A stretch of 64,000 nt of DNA. It comes from Octopus sinensis. Its lineage: Eukaryota. The notes beneath the pieces are model-generated. The model had not been told where the DNA came from, did no database searches, and saw nothing but the letters and a program-made list of their open reading frames with translations. Shown here piece by piece: positions 1 to 11,309 of this stretch (the stretch's first letter is position 1; each line of letters starts with the position of its first letter). Location of the stretch: positions 44,268,001 through 44,332,000 of the forward strand of contig NC_043004.1 in the NCBI RefSeq assembly GCF_006345805.1, in the 5' to 3' direction. The position numbers and the translations under genes are program-made.

Positions 1-595
1 AAACATTATAAAGTAATATAGACTTGAGGATACTAATTATTATTCATACTTATCATCAAAAAGGATGGCTTTGTCATTATGCTTTAACGTAGTTATCTAT
101 AATTCTAACACAAGGTATACCTACGTGTTTGTAAAAAAACTGAATATCGTGTCTTGATGTTTTTCCATACCGCTAATGTAGTCTACGTGCAATGTCGCTT
201 TGGTACTTTTTGCATGAAATCGTTATATCACTACTTTTTTTTACTCATTTTTCTTTTCTTTTTTTTTTCTCCTGTTATTTATTGTGAAAAGTCTACAAAA
301 TTTATGGAGTGTTGTAATAGCACAGAAAACAAGAATATGCTTGCTGTGCAAGAAAGTTTATATGTTGATTATAGGTTGATAAAAAGAATTGGGAGTAATT
401 CGTGATTATGATAAAATTTAGATCTAATACTTCACGATTTTCTTAGTTTAAAACCTGCCATTGTTTGGTTTGTTATTCTTCTGGAGTCGAGAAAATGAAA
501 CTACGAGAGATGTATGAGGATAAAAACTAACCGACTCGACATCTCTCCCAAAATTAGCAGACTTGTTTCATTGTTAGAAGCTATATTTATAAAAC

Positions 596-770
596 GGTGA
601 CTAGGCAGAAACGTTAGCATGCCGAAAAATATCTACTTAGCGACATTTATTCTTGTTTTACTCTCTGAGTTCAAATGCTGCTACAGTAGACTTTGCTTTA
701 TACCGTTTCGGACTGAAAAATTAATTACCGATTGGGGATTGTAGTTGATACAATCGACTCGAACAATCGA
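596..770 (+). mobile_element. SINE family S1, degenerate copy
   Basis: GGCAGAAACGTTAGCATGCC...CTGAGTTCAAAT...GACTTTGC aligns by eye to the intact S1 copy at 45075. Confidence 0.6.
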
Positions 771-1743
771 CTCACCGCACTCGAACAAAAAATTCAGGCT
801 TTGTTCTTATAGCAGAAAGGATTATTTTTTTTTGTGATATTTGTAAATGGAAAACATCGTTTCGTAGCTTACAATTTATCATCAAATTTCTTACTTTCCA
901 CGAAGTAATTTTGGTTTTAGTTTTACCATTTTGTTATTAAATCCCTTTGCAGAAGATTTTTAAAGTCTATTAACTGAAATTGCCTCTTAGAAAAATGGAG
1001 AGGAGCATAACAGGACTTCTCACATCGAGATTGAAGATACATTTTCAAAAAGCCACTATGAACATAATTTGCCACCACTACTTGCTAGACTGAAAGCAAA
1101 ATGCAGGAATAAAAATGTCGACGCCAAGAACAAAATCAACGCGCAGAGATGTGAACCCAAGACTACAATTACTACTTCTCCCTGCTACAAATACTAGCAA
1201 ACAACAACAGCAGTGACAAGCAAGACAAATAGATCGTTGAAACAAACATGGCATCTACCAGTTCCATCATCAGCACAGACTTCAATACAATAACGACAGT
1301 AAATACAGAGGGTGGCAAACGAAATGAAAATAGGCTTGCGTATCTATGCAGAAAATTGGAGGTTAGATGAATAATTTAGAAATACAAATTTCCTCTCTGC
1401 AAAGATGTTTGAAAGATTTATCTAAACTGCATCAAATTCAATACGTAACCCAAACCTGAACAACATATTATAGAAATGAATTTAATTCAAAACGAAATGG
1501 ATTTAGTAAGCAATTCAGGCCGAGATTGAAAAGTTCATAAACTATCCTGTAGCATAAAATCTTACGTCACCGTAAAAGTAAAAACAACGTTTCATAACAA
1601 AGAAGCGACAATCGAATTTTGTTTTTTAAATCTCTATAATGCGAAGATCTGTTTCTGAATTGCAACACTCCTCAGTCGGAGAGAAATAACAAAAGATGTG
1701 GCTGAATTACAACCAGAACTGGTCAGCTACTAGGAAGGAACTG

Positions 1744-3011
1744 TCAGGCTGAGTAAAGCAGTTTTGAGTAAGCAACGAATTGAAACATGAAATTCATTAC
1801 AATATATTTCAACAATGCGGAAATGTTTATCAAAGTAAGTATCGTTATAATCAACACGTTTTTGCCAACGAGGTACAAGTTTGTTTATTCCGGTAACATA
1901 GAAATCTGGAGTTCTGGAGCTGATGAACTCTTTCAACCCATTTTCAGCAGCGGTTTGATTTTTGAACTCCTTCACTCGCAGGAGACCATCAAGGTGCTTG
2001 ATGTGGTAGTCGGTAGGAGAAAGATTTGGGGAATAAGATGAGTGGGGAAGAACTTCGTAGCCAAGTTCCCTCAACTTCCGGAGCATTGTTAGTGAAACGT
2101 GTGGTCGAGCATTGTCATGAAGAAGGATTGACCCTCATGCTGACCAGTCTGGGACGGAGAAGTATCGGTTTTTCGTTGATTTTGTTAATTTCATGGTAAT
2201 ATGTTCTGTAGTAATGGATTTTCCGGGTTTTAAGAATTTATAGTGCATGAGCCTAACAGTACACCACCAGTCACCATGACCTTATTTTTGAAGAGTTCGA
2301 TTTTAGTGAGAGTTTCCGATGCTTCATTTTGGTCAAGCCACTGCGAAGAACGTCTTTTTTAATTATTATTGCACAGAATCTACTTTTCATCGCAACTTAC
2401 AATACGGTCGAGGAATGGATCGGTCTGGTTACGGAGAAGAAGCAACGAGCAAATTACATATCTGCGCATCTTCTGATTTTCATTCAAATCGTGTGGTACC
2501 CATTAGTCGAGCTTTTTTGATTTTCCAATAGCATGCAAATGCTTGCAGGCAGTTTTCTGTTCTGGCTAACTTGAAGTTCTTCTTTCCAGTTCTCGAGTTG
2601 TTTTACGTGGATCCTTCTCAATGACGGTCTTTATTTGACCGTCATCGATGACAGATGGGCGTCGACTACGCTCACGATCTTGAAGGCTGAGGTCTAAACT
2701 GCAAAATCGTTTAAACCATATTCGAGCTGACCACTCACTTGTCATTTCCTCATCAAATGTTCTGTTGATATTGCGAGTAGTTTCAACTGCTTTACGTCCT
2801 TCTTTGAAGTTGAAGAGCAAAATTGCTCGAATATCGCCCTTTGACAGTTTCATTTCAGATGATTATAACAACGATGAAAAAAATATCAATGTTAATTTAC
2901 TGATGCATTTGTGTAAGTCTATGTCTGTATTATCAGATAATTTCAACTCTGCAAAAATCCGGTACAAATTCTTCGTGGTTCAAAGTGTTGCTTACTTTTT
3001 ACTCAGCCTGA
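1744..3011 (-). mobile_element. Full-length degenerate mariner (DD34D) transposon
   Basis: TIRs TCAGGCTGAGTAAA..AGTAAGCAAC (1744) and GTTGCTTACTTTTTACTCAGCCTGA (to 3011); TA at 3012-3013; about 1.27 kb; transposase remnants inside. Confidence 0.9.
1820..2853 (-). pseudogene. Mariner transposase, frameshifted
   Basis: N-terminal HTH ORF 2566-2853; catalytic motifs IVSCDEK, LLHDNARPH, YSPNLSPTDY with 34 residues between D2 and D3. Confidence 0.9.
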
Positions 3012-3789
3012 TAGTTTCTCGAACAGATAAGGAAAACAACAAAACCATCCCTGAATTCATCAAACTCTGAAATAGCTTTCAGTTATTCATAGCAATTGAA
3101 GGCAGAAGATAAAATGCCATATTTATGGTGACACAAACGATGAATATTACGTGCATCACAGAAAAAAGGTTGAAGAATTGCCCTCCAGCTCCTTCAACAC
3201 AACAGAAACATCAACAACAACAGGAGAAAAGTTATCAGATACATCAGAATTCTAAGTACAGATTCACCAAAGGAACAGCCAGAAATAACAACTTCAGTAA
3301 CAATAGAACCTATGATAATGTCAAAGAGACCCTACCCACACAAGTCAACCAGATTATATACATAAACAAAGGCATTTCAATTCCACATATATGCCCCTTC
3401 TCCAACTACATATCTCCCTCTGCCCGAAAATCTTTCTGATGGAATCAATTTGAAAACCTCAGAAGAATCGAAACGTAAAGTGAGGAACAGCAAATATAGA
3501 AAATGAAAAATATTGCATCAGACAAGGGGTTGCTTAAATTTTGCGACCAACGACCCCACTCCCTTTAGCACTACTCCTTCCGCTTCGACCCCCTTTAGCT
3601 ACTTCTTCACTATCACACACCCTAGCTACTTCTCCTTCAACATCAACCCCCTATAGATATTTCTACTGCCACATCGACCACCCGCCTCATTTAAAATATG
3701 TTAATACCCTACCCTAACCTACCGTATATTAAATGCGTACCGGGTACTGATGCTGGCAATTAAAATGTTAGCTAACATATACATGTTCG

Positions 3790-3945
3790 ACAAATTAAGA
3801 AGCCCAGGCGAAGTGTTTAGCGATATTTCATCTACCTGCACATTCTAGGTTCAAATTTCACCGAGGTTGACTCTACTTTTCATCCTTTCAAGGTCGATAA
3901 ATTAAGTACTAGTGAAACATTGGGGACTACATTATCGACTATTCG
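3790..3945 (+). mobile_element. SINE S1, partial
   Basis: GGTTCAAATTTCACCGAGGTTGAC...CATCCTTTCAAGGTCGATAAATTAAGTAC core. Confidence 0.7.
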
Positions 3946-3998
3946 ACTATTCACCACCTACTAAATTTCAAGCCTTGTGCCTATAACAGAAATGATTA

Positions 3999-3999
3999 C

Positions 4000-4043
<44 letters not shown>

Positions 4044-4050
4044 GCAACAA

Positions 4051-4089
<39 letters not shown>

Positions 4090-4096
4090 TAGTAGT
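3999..4096. repeat. Compound (ATT)n/(CAG)n/(AGT)n microsatellite
   Basis: Direct reading. Confidence 0.95.
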
Positions 4097-4905
4097 AATG
4101 GTGATTTTATTTTAAGCTTGTCATTATTGCTAGATATGGTGTAATTGACCTCGAAACTAAGATTTGTTTTTACCATAATAAAACCTCATTTCCAGCAATA
4201 ATCAATACTATGAAATGACTGAACCGTAGCACACCTCTCCACCTGAAAATAGCCTTTATAAAAACATGAAATTTAATTTATTTTTCGGCAGTATCATGGC
4301 TAAGGTTGAAGCCATAAATTATATTCCTTTTTACAGCTAAAACATGGCAGGCACTAGGCATCTCAAAGCAATGAATCCAAAGCGTGAGCAAACAATGCAT
4401 TGAAAACGAAAATACAAAAATAGAAAAGAAAAAGATAAAATGCACCGAGCAAGTTAGTTGACTGTCTACAACCAAATGTTAGATCTGTTCATCTCTCTTA
4501 ACCTTTAAAGACATAATATTCTTCGTCTTGGAAACATATTGAGTTTTCAATAATAATTCAAGCCTGAACTATTGCTAAAATATTGCTTTCTTTTTTCAGC
4601 ATTGAACAATTATTCACACTTTACAAAACCTTTAACAATTATTTTCTCAACACAATACTGCAGAATAAAAAAAAATAATAATAAATACGTATAACACTTT
4701 CAAAGAACGAAAAACATCGTACACGAGATGAAAGTCCTAAAAGCAAGTGACGGAGGAATATAATACGATTCCTAGAAGTAAATATGTCTCATGATATCAA
4801 GTTATCTAGGCATCGACGACCTAGTGTGGATCCTTCAATCTCAGTATACTGAGTCAAAGGCTCTAAAGTGCTATGGCGTGTTCTTAAGCAGGGAAGTGGA
4901 TTAGC

Positions 4906-5299
4906 GGATGTTTTCGGTTTGAACGGCCGTTTTTGCTAGTGGTGTCATATGAAATTGTCACCCATTATTATGACCCTGGAATCTATCTATTGCATTTGAA
5001 TCTGTTTTAGTGTTAGTGTTAGGGGTGGGGGAAGAGCATCTTTTTCTCTTCAGAATTGTAAATAAATCCAATCTGTTTCTTAAACGAGGGACATATTCAT
5101 ACGGGCACATAATGTTTTCACCTCCAATAGACATCATTGATTGGTTGAAATTGCAGAACTTGAAGAAAAAAACAACAAATATCTTACGAACTATAGAAAA
5201 AGATGTTTTATAAAAACATTCTACCAGTATACGAAGTTTAAAAGTGTTTAGTTACGTGGAAATTATTTTACAAAACTGCCGTTCAAACCGAAAAGATCC
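4906..5299 (+). mobile_element. TTAGGG-bearing MITE, copy 1
   Basis: TIR GGATCTTTTCGGTTTGAACGGCAGTTTT (one end slightly mutated); perfect 8-bp TSD GGATTAGC at 4898-4905 and 5300-5307. Confidence 0.92.
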
Positions 5300-5361
5300 G
5301 GATTAGCTCTTTGAGGGTTCTACTATTTATCTCATGTTAGACTATGACAAAATTTTCTTTT

Positions 5362-5548
5362 CTACTATAGACACAAGGCTGGAAATTTTGGGGAAGTGGA
5401 CCAGTCGATTAGATCGACCTCAGTAGGCAACTGGTACTTAATCTATCGACCCCGAAAGGATGAAAGGCTAGGTCGACCTCGGTGTAATTTGAACTCAGAA
5501 CGTAAGCATTTCGCCCGGCGTGCTAACATTTCTGCCGGCTTGCCGCCT
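5362..5548 (-). mobile_element. SINE S1 with internal deletion
   Basis: Reverse complement of S1 head, B-box and core. Confidence 0.8.
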
Positions 5549-6364
5549 TGACCATGGCAAAATATTTACTGATGACACAGCCTGTATTCATCCTCTTTCA
5601 AGTTTTCATTTTTTTCAGCCTGCAATCTGTGTCCGTGCTACGAGAGCAATATTACGAATTTGTAATGCATCACAAATGATCATATCATCCTTGCTCCTTC
5701 GCTATGATAATATTATATATATCATGTGTCATTTCAATTTTAGTATGTATACTGCCAAAGCAGAGAAGAATACATACACACATTCACACAGACAAATCTT
5801 GCATTTATATTAACGCTCGTGCTCATATATAAGTATACCGATGAGAACACATATTAACAAACACATACTGCTCTAGAGTAGATACACGATAAATCAGTCC
5901 ACTCCGAATCACCGTTACTAGACAATCAAAGATTAGGTTTTTATAGAGTTACAACTTCTGATTCATATAAGGCGGATCAGAGATCGAATTCAGAAAACAT
6001 TTAATATTTCTCATATCTCACCCTTCTTACTCTTACTGATGCAAATATAATTCCAAAAACTTTCATTTCGAGATGCAACATGTATCACAACATACTGTAT
6101 AATTTGGACAGCAATTGCTAAAATGCAATGGCCAGTGCACACACATTCATACATACATACATACATACCCTGTTGGTGTTGAAATTCCATGAAGGAGTCT
6201 TGGATCTAGGTTAGAAAACGGTTATTTCTGTATTGGCAAGAAATCTTGAAATAAAGTGAATGACATACATACATAAATACATACATACATATATAAATAC
6301 GTGTGTGTGTGTGTGTGTGTGTGTGTCTATTTATGTATGTATATGAGGAAGTTCAGTATAACAG

Positions 6365-6557
6365 TGGTTTCCAATTTTGGCACAAGACCAAATATTTCCG
6401 GGAAAACGGTAAGAGTCCAGCTGGTACGTATTTTATCGCTCCCCGAAATGATGAAAGGCAATTCGACCTCGGTGGAATTTGAACTCAGAAAGTGAAGACG
6501 AAGAAGGTGTCGCTAAGCATTTTGGCCGCCGTAACATCGACTCTGCCAGCTCACCGT
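6365..6557 (-). mobile_element. SINE S1, degenerate
   Basis: GATGAAAGGCAATTCGACCTCGGTGGAATTTGAACTCAG matches the S1 reverse complement. Confidence 0.75.
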
Positions 6558-6871
6558 CTTCATGCTAAATATAATATTAAAGATTATCAATTTACATGTA
6601 TTTCCCAAATATATAAATCCAAATGAATTGAAATTTATTCGTATATTAGAATCAAATTTCTAGATAGTGCTCGCAAGATCTTTATGTGTACAACTACATA
6701 ATAAGACCAATAAGGAAATTGATATTAATGTATTTCTTGTAATCACTATGGAGGTCAAAGCAAGAGGCGCACTAGCTACACAAATGAACTTGAAGGGAAA
6801 CGGCGATGTCAAGAAGTTGTTATGCTCCTGTAATACTGTCGGTGAAATTATATTTCACAAGGATAAATATA

Positions 6872-7298
6872 GGATCTTTTCGGTTTGAAGGGTAGTTTTT
6901 TCTAGCGGTGTCATATGAAATTGTCACCCATAAGTATGACCCTAGTATCGATCTATTGCATTTCAATCTGTTTTAGGGTTAGGGTTAGGGTTAGGGGTGG
7001 GGGAAGGGTATCTTTTTTTTCTTCACAAATGTAAATAAACCCAATCTGTTTCTTAAACGAGGGACATATTCATACGGCAGAGAATGCTTTTTAACTCAAT
7101 AGACGGTCATTGATTGGTTGAAATTGCAGAAATCGAAGAAGAAAAAACAACAAATATCTTACAAACTATAGAATTTTCTCAATAAAGCCAAGAGAAAAAG
7201 ATATTTTATAAACACATTCTACCAGTATACGAAGTTTAAAATTTTTTAGTTACCTAGAAATTATGTAAAAAAAACAGCCGTTCAAACCGAAAAGATCC
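6872..7298 (+). mobile_element. TTAGGG-bearing MITE, copy 2
   Basis: Same TIRs; flanks TAAATATA/TATATATA (7/8); internal GGGTTAGGGTTAGGGTTAGGGGTGGGGG. Confidence 0.92.
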
Positions 7299-7585
7299 TA
7301 TATATATAAAATAATTCGCTGTGCAAACAATATGGTGTGTGTGTGTTTGTGTGTGTAAATCCAAAACTAATCGCTCAGTGTGGGAAAATTTCTGCTTTTG
7401 TTCCGAATCCAGTTTCCCTGTCAGTATGTATGTATACAAAAATATGTGCTTTGCTGCAACATCAGGGCTTTTGGCTCTATTTCTAGTAATGTGCTTATAA
7501 CACCAATCAGTCTTATTTAATGACTTTTATAGTTTTACAAGTTTTCCTTTGTGGTACACATTTATTACTGCTCCTAAATCAGTTA

Positions 7586-7587
<2 letters not shown>

Positions 7588-7633
<46 letters not shown>

Positions 7634-7650
7634 TGTGTGTGTGTGTGTGT

Positions 7651-7698
<48 letters not shown>
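7588..7698. repeat. (TG)n microsatellite
   Basis: Direct reading. Confidence 0.95.
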
Positions 7699-7701
<3 letters not shown>

Positions 7702-7747
7702 TATAGTGTGTTAACAGAATACTTTTAAGAGCAATTGCACATTCAAT

Positions 7748-8198
7748 GGATCTTTTCGGCTTGAACGGTAGTTTTTAACATAATTTCTAGGTAACTAAAA
7801 AATTTTAAACTTCGTATACTGGTAGAATGTGTTTATAAAACATCTTTTTCTCTTGGCTTTCTTGAGAAAGTTCTATAGTTTGTAAGATATTTGTTGTTTT
7901 TTCCTTCAATTTCTGCAATTTCAACCAATCAGTGGCGTCTATTGAGTTAAAAACATTCTGTGCCGTATGAATATGTCCTTCGTTTAAGAAACAGAATGGG
8001 CTTATTTACATTTGTGAAGAAAAAAAGATACCCTTCCTCCCACACCTAACCCTAACCCTAACCCTAACCTTAACCCTAACACTAGCCCTAACCCTAGAAC
8101 AGATTGAAATGCAATAGATCGATACTAGGGTCATAGTTATGGGTGGCAATTTCATATGACACCGCTAGAAAAAACTGCCGTTCAAACCGAAAAGATCC
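7748..8198 (-). mobile_element. TTAGGG-bearing MITE, copy 3
   Basis: Same TIRs; flanks CATTCAAT/CATTCAAA (7/8); longest (CCCTAA)n tract. Confidence 0.92.
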
Positions 8199-8283
8199 CA
8201 TTCAAAAATATTCTTTTAGATATTTAGTAAAAAGTAAACGCCATCACACCCGTTCTTTTATTCCCTCTCTTTTCCCTCTGTTT

Positions 8284-8339
<56 letters not shown>

Positions 8340-8543
8340 AGACAAATATATGCGCGTTACTGTGGTTTCCGCTAAGATTTGCAGATTCGTATTTCAGCTG
8401 TTGTGGGTCTTAATATATGAGCACCAAAGGAAAATTCTTCATTTTGATGTCAGTTACCAATTTGAAGTCAGGAAATAGTGAACTTTAAGATATGTGGATC
8501 CTAAGAAATTTTATTCGAGCTGTGGATTAAATGCACAGCCTTT

Positions 8544-8974
8544 GAATCTTTTCGATTTGGACGGCAGTGTTTTCTAGCGGTGTCATGTGAAATTGTCACC
8601 CATAATTATGAATCTAGCATCGATCTATTGCATTTCAACGTTTTAGGCTTAGGGTTAGTTAGGGTTAGGTTTAGTTAGGTGGGGGCAAGGGTGTATTTTT
8701 TTCTTCACAAATGTAAATAAATCCAATCTGTTTCTTAAACGTGGGACATATTCATACGGCACAGAATATTTTTTACCTCAATAGACGTATTTGATTGGTT
8801 GAAATTGCAGAAAGTGAAGAAAAAACAACAAATATCTTACAAACTATAGAATTTTCTCAATAAAGCCAAGAGAAAAAGATGTTTTATAAATACATTCTAC
8901 CAGCATACGAAGTTTAAAATCTTTTAGTTACCCAGAAATTATGTTAAAAACTGCCGTTCAAACCGAAAAGATCC
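8544..8974 (+). mobile_element. TTAGGG-bearing MITE, copy 4
   Basis: Same TIRs (left end mutated); flanks CAGCCTTT/CAGCATTT (7/8). Confidence 0.9.
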
Positions 8975-9733
8975 CAGCATTTTTATAGATCTGATTGCTT
9001 TTCTTTGAAATCCATTGATATATTTTGAAACACTCTTGACGCCTTCTAAATATGATGCGGTGTTAACTTTATATTTTGTTCCTGCCTAGAGCATTTTAAT
9101 TGTCAAATGTTGTCTAGTAGTTAACTGTTGTTCAAAGGTACTTTCAAAACAGTGAAAATTATTTTTCCTTGTTTTGTCATTTTCACATTGTCTAGTAAGT
9201 CTTGTTTATTTACAGTTCATTTTAATATATATTATTTCCTTTCATTAATAACTTGGTTTTGTTCATTAAACATTATCAAGTGGTTTTCCTGCGATGCATT
9301 ACATTCTGTTTCCTTTCCTCTCACTGTTTCGTTACTCTTTTACTTTTAACAGTTCTTTCGCCACCCGTTTGTAATTAAGTTTTGTTCAAAACTAGTTTGC
9401 AAGAAACTGAAAGCTATTGAGAGACAGACACCAATTAGAAAACTTACATTTTTTCTTAATTATTTCAAATTGCACTTATATTTGTCTACAAAATATTGTA
9501 CATATCTTCATTATATGTTATTGTATTTTTTTGATTTAGCGATAATTAAGAAATTTCTCTGCAGTCAATACACACGCACAGACAAACACACACACACATA
9601 TGTACTCATACGCGCATATATACATACACATAGCAAAATGTTTCCACTTCCTCTTTTTCTTTAGTTTGTTTTAATGAGATATCTTTTCTTTCTCCTCTCC
9701 TTTATCTCTCGATCAAATTAATTACTGTTTCAT

Positions 9734-9739
<6 letters not shown>

Positions 9740-9767
<28 letters not shown>

Positions 9768-9774
9768 TCTCTCT

Positions 9775-9825
<51 letters not shown>

Positions 9826-9838
9826 ATATAATATATAT

Positions 9839-9875
<37 letters not shown>
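9740..9875. repeat. Compound (TC)n-(TA)n-(GATA)n microsatellite
   Basis: Direct reading. Confidence 0.95.
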
Positions 9876-9876
<1 letters not shown>

Positions 9877-10060
9877 GTGCTTGCATAGCGAGTGTCTTGA
9901 TCTGAGATCGTGTGCTGGAACGAAAACAACTTCAGTGTGGAAGGTGTTTATAAGCCATTTAAGAAACACACAAAACCGTTAGATTCACTTCAACATTTAA
10001 ATTTAATTTGTCAAAATATTTTCATCGTTTTGAGACCGCGACCTGTTCACTGACAAAACC
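9877..10060 (-). mobile_element. Short microsatellite-anchored repeat, probably a Penelope-like terminal repeat
   Basis: Hammerhead-like motif at its 5' end; 3' end abuts (GATA)n; family assignment is inference. Confidence 0.45.
10007..10057 (-). ncRNA. Minimal type I hammerhead-like motif, G3-C8 variant
   Basis: UUUGUCA GUGAACA G GUCG..CGAU GAA AAUAUU U | UGACAAA: 7-bp helix I, helix II, palindromic helix III. Confidence 0.6.
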
Positions 10061-10098
10061 TCTTGCTCCATCTATATATATATATATGTTTGTATGTA

Positions 10099-10480
10099 TT
10101 GGATGTGTGGTAAGTAGCTTGTTTACCAACCACATGGTTCCGGTTTCAGTCCCACTGCGTGGCATCTTGGGCAAGTGTCTTCTACTTTAGCCCCGGGCCG
10201 ACCAATGCCTTGTGAGTGGATTTGGTAGAGGGAAACTGAAAGAAGCCTGTCGTATATATGTATATGTGTGTGTGTATGTTTGTGTGTCTGTGTTTGTCCC
10301 CCTAGCATTCCTTGACAACCGATGCTGGTGTATTTACGTCCCCGTCACTTAGCGGTTCAGCAAAAGAGACTGATAGAATAAGTACTGGGCTTACCAAGAA
10401 TAAGTGCCGGGGTCGATTTGCTCGACTAAAGGCGGTGCTCCAGCATGGCCGCAGTCAAATGACTGAAACAAGTAAAAAGA
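10099..10480 (+). mobile_element. SINE family S2 (tRNA-like head, internal TG/TA tract)
   Basis: Head ..TGTGTGGTAAGTAGC..GGTTTCAGTCCC; TTGGGCAAGTGTCTTC core; near-identical to 43772-44175. Confidence 0.88.
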
Positions 10481-11186
10481 AAAAGAAAGAAGAGAGATAT
10501 ATATGTGTCTCTCCGTATATTTACTTCACCATAAACGTTATAATTCAATCATTTACTATAGACGTCTTCAAATAAGTATATTGTAATAAACACAAGCCAT
10601 TTAAGTCTCTTTGTCTCTCTTTGTAACCATCAACCTCGTTGAAGAAGACTTCATCCACCTTACTATTTTTCATGCTTCCATCTTTATCTCTGCATTCAGC
10701 TTTTTACTTAAATTCTCACAAACGTTATTAGCTTTCACACTCCCAATTAACAAACACACATTTCTCCATAAAGCTCAGTTATCTTTCGTTATCCCACTCT
10801 TTACAACATATTTCTCTTTTTGGTTAGTTTTATTTTCCGTATAATTTCATCAGTATATCTATATTTCCGCTCATCTCTTTCTTTCAGACATCTCTTTCTT
10901 TCTCTCTCATTTCCTCACTTTCACTTGTATCCTATGTTGTTCTTTTTACACAACGTTTTTTTCTTGAAACTATATCTCGTACTTTATGCTATGTACATAA
11001 ATGACTTGTCCATCGTCTTCAATTTTCTTAAAGATTAAAGTTAAGATTGTAGAATCTAGCTATTCATAAACAGTTTGGGGCCAAATATGTAATGCATGCA
11101 TAATCCAGGCATAGAAATAAAGTTTCAGGCGTATGTGATTGTTAGTGTACCAAATCAACTAAATTCATGTAAAATAATTTAAATTT

Positions 11187-11255
11187 GCTCGGCTAAAGGC
11201 GGTGCTCCAGCTTGGCCACAGTCACATGGTTGAAACAAGTAAAAGAGAGTAAAAG
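11187..11255 (+). mobile_element. SINE S2 3' tail fragment
   Basis: CTAAAGGCGGTGCTCCAGC..GAAACAAGTAAAAG. Confidence 0.7.
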
Positions 11256-11309
11256 AGAGGACAAGCAACGCTGCTCTTCTTAATGCTTTTAACGTACCAG
11301 TTAAAATAA

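Noticed and set aside
990-1310. Coding-looking stretch KNGEEHNRTSHIEIEDTFSK.. after a possible splice acceptor
   Set aside because: In-frame stop, no donor site and no recognisable domain; cannot be supported as an exon
3125-3439. 104-aa ORF and Ser/Thr-rich alternative frames
   Set aside because: Low complexity, frames broken by stops, no homology I recognise
3545-3685. Degenerate ~30-bp C-rich tandem units (CCC..TAGCTACTTC)
   Set aside because: Too diverged to define a unit or function; not CRISPR-like
8041-8095. (CCCTAA)n as a true telomere or chromosome-fusion scar
   Set aside because: It lies at a fixed internal position of a TSD-flanked MITE present seven times
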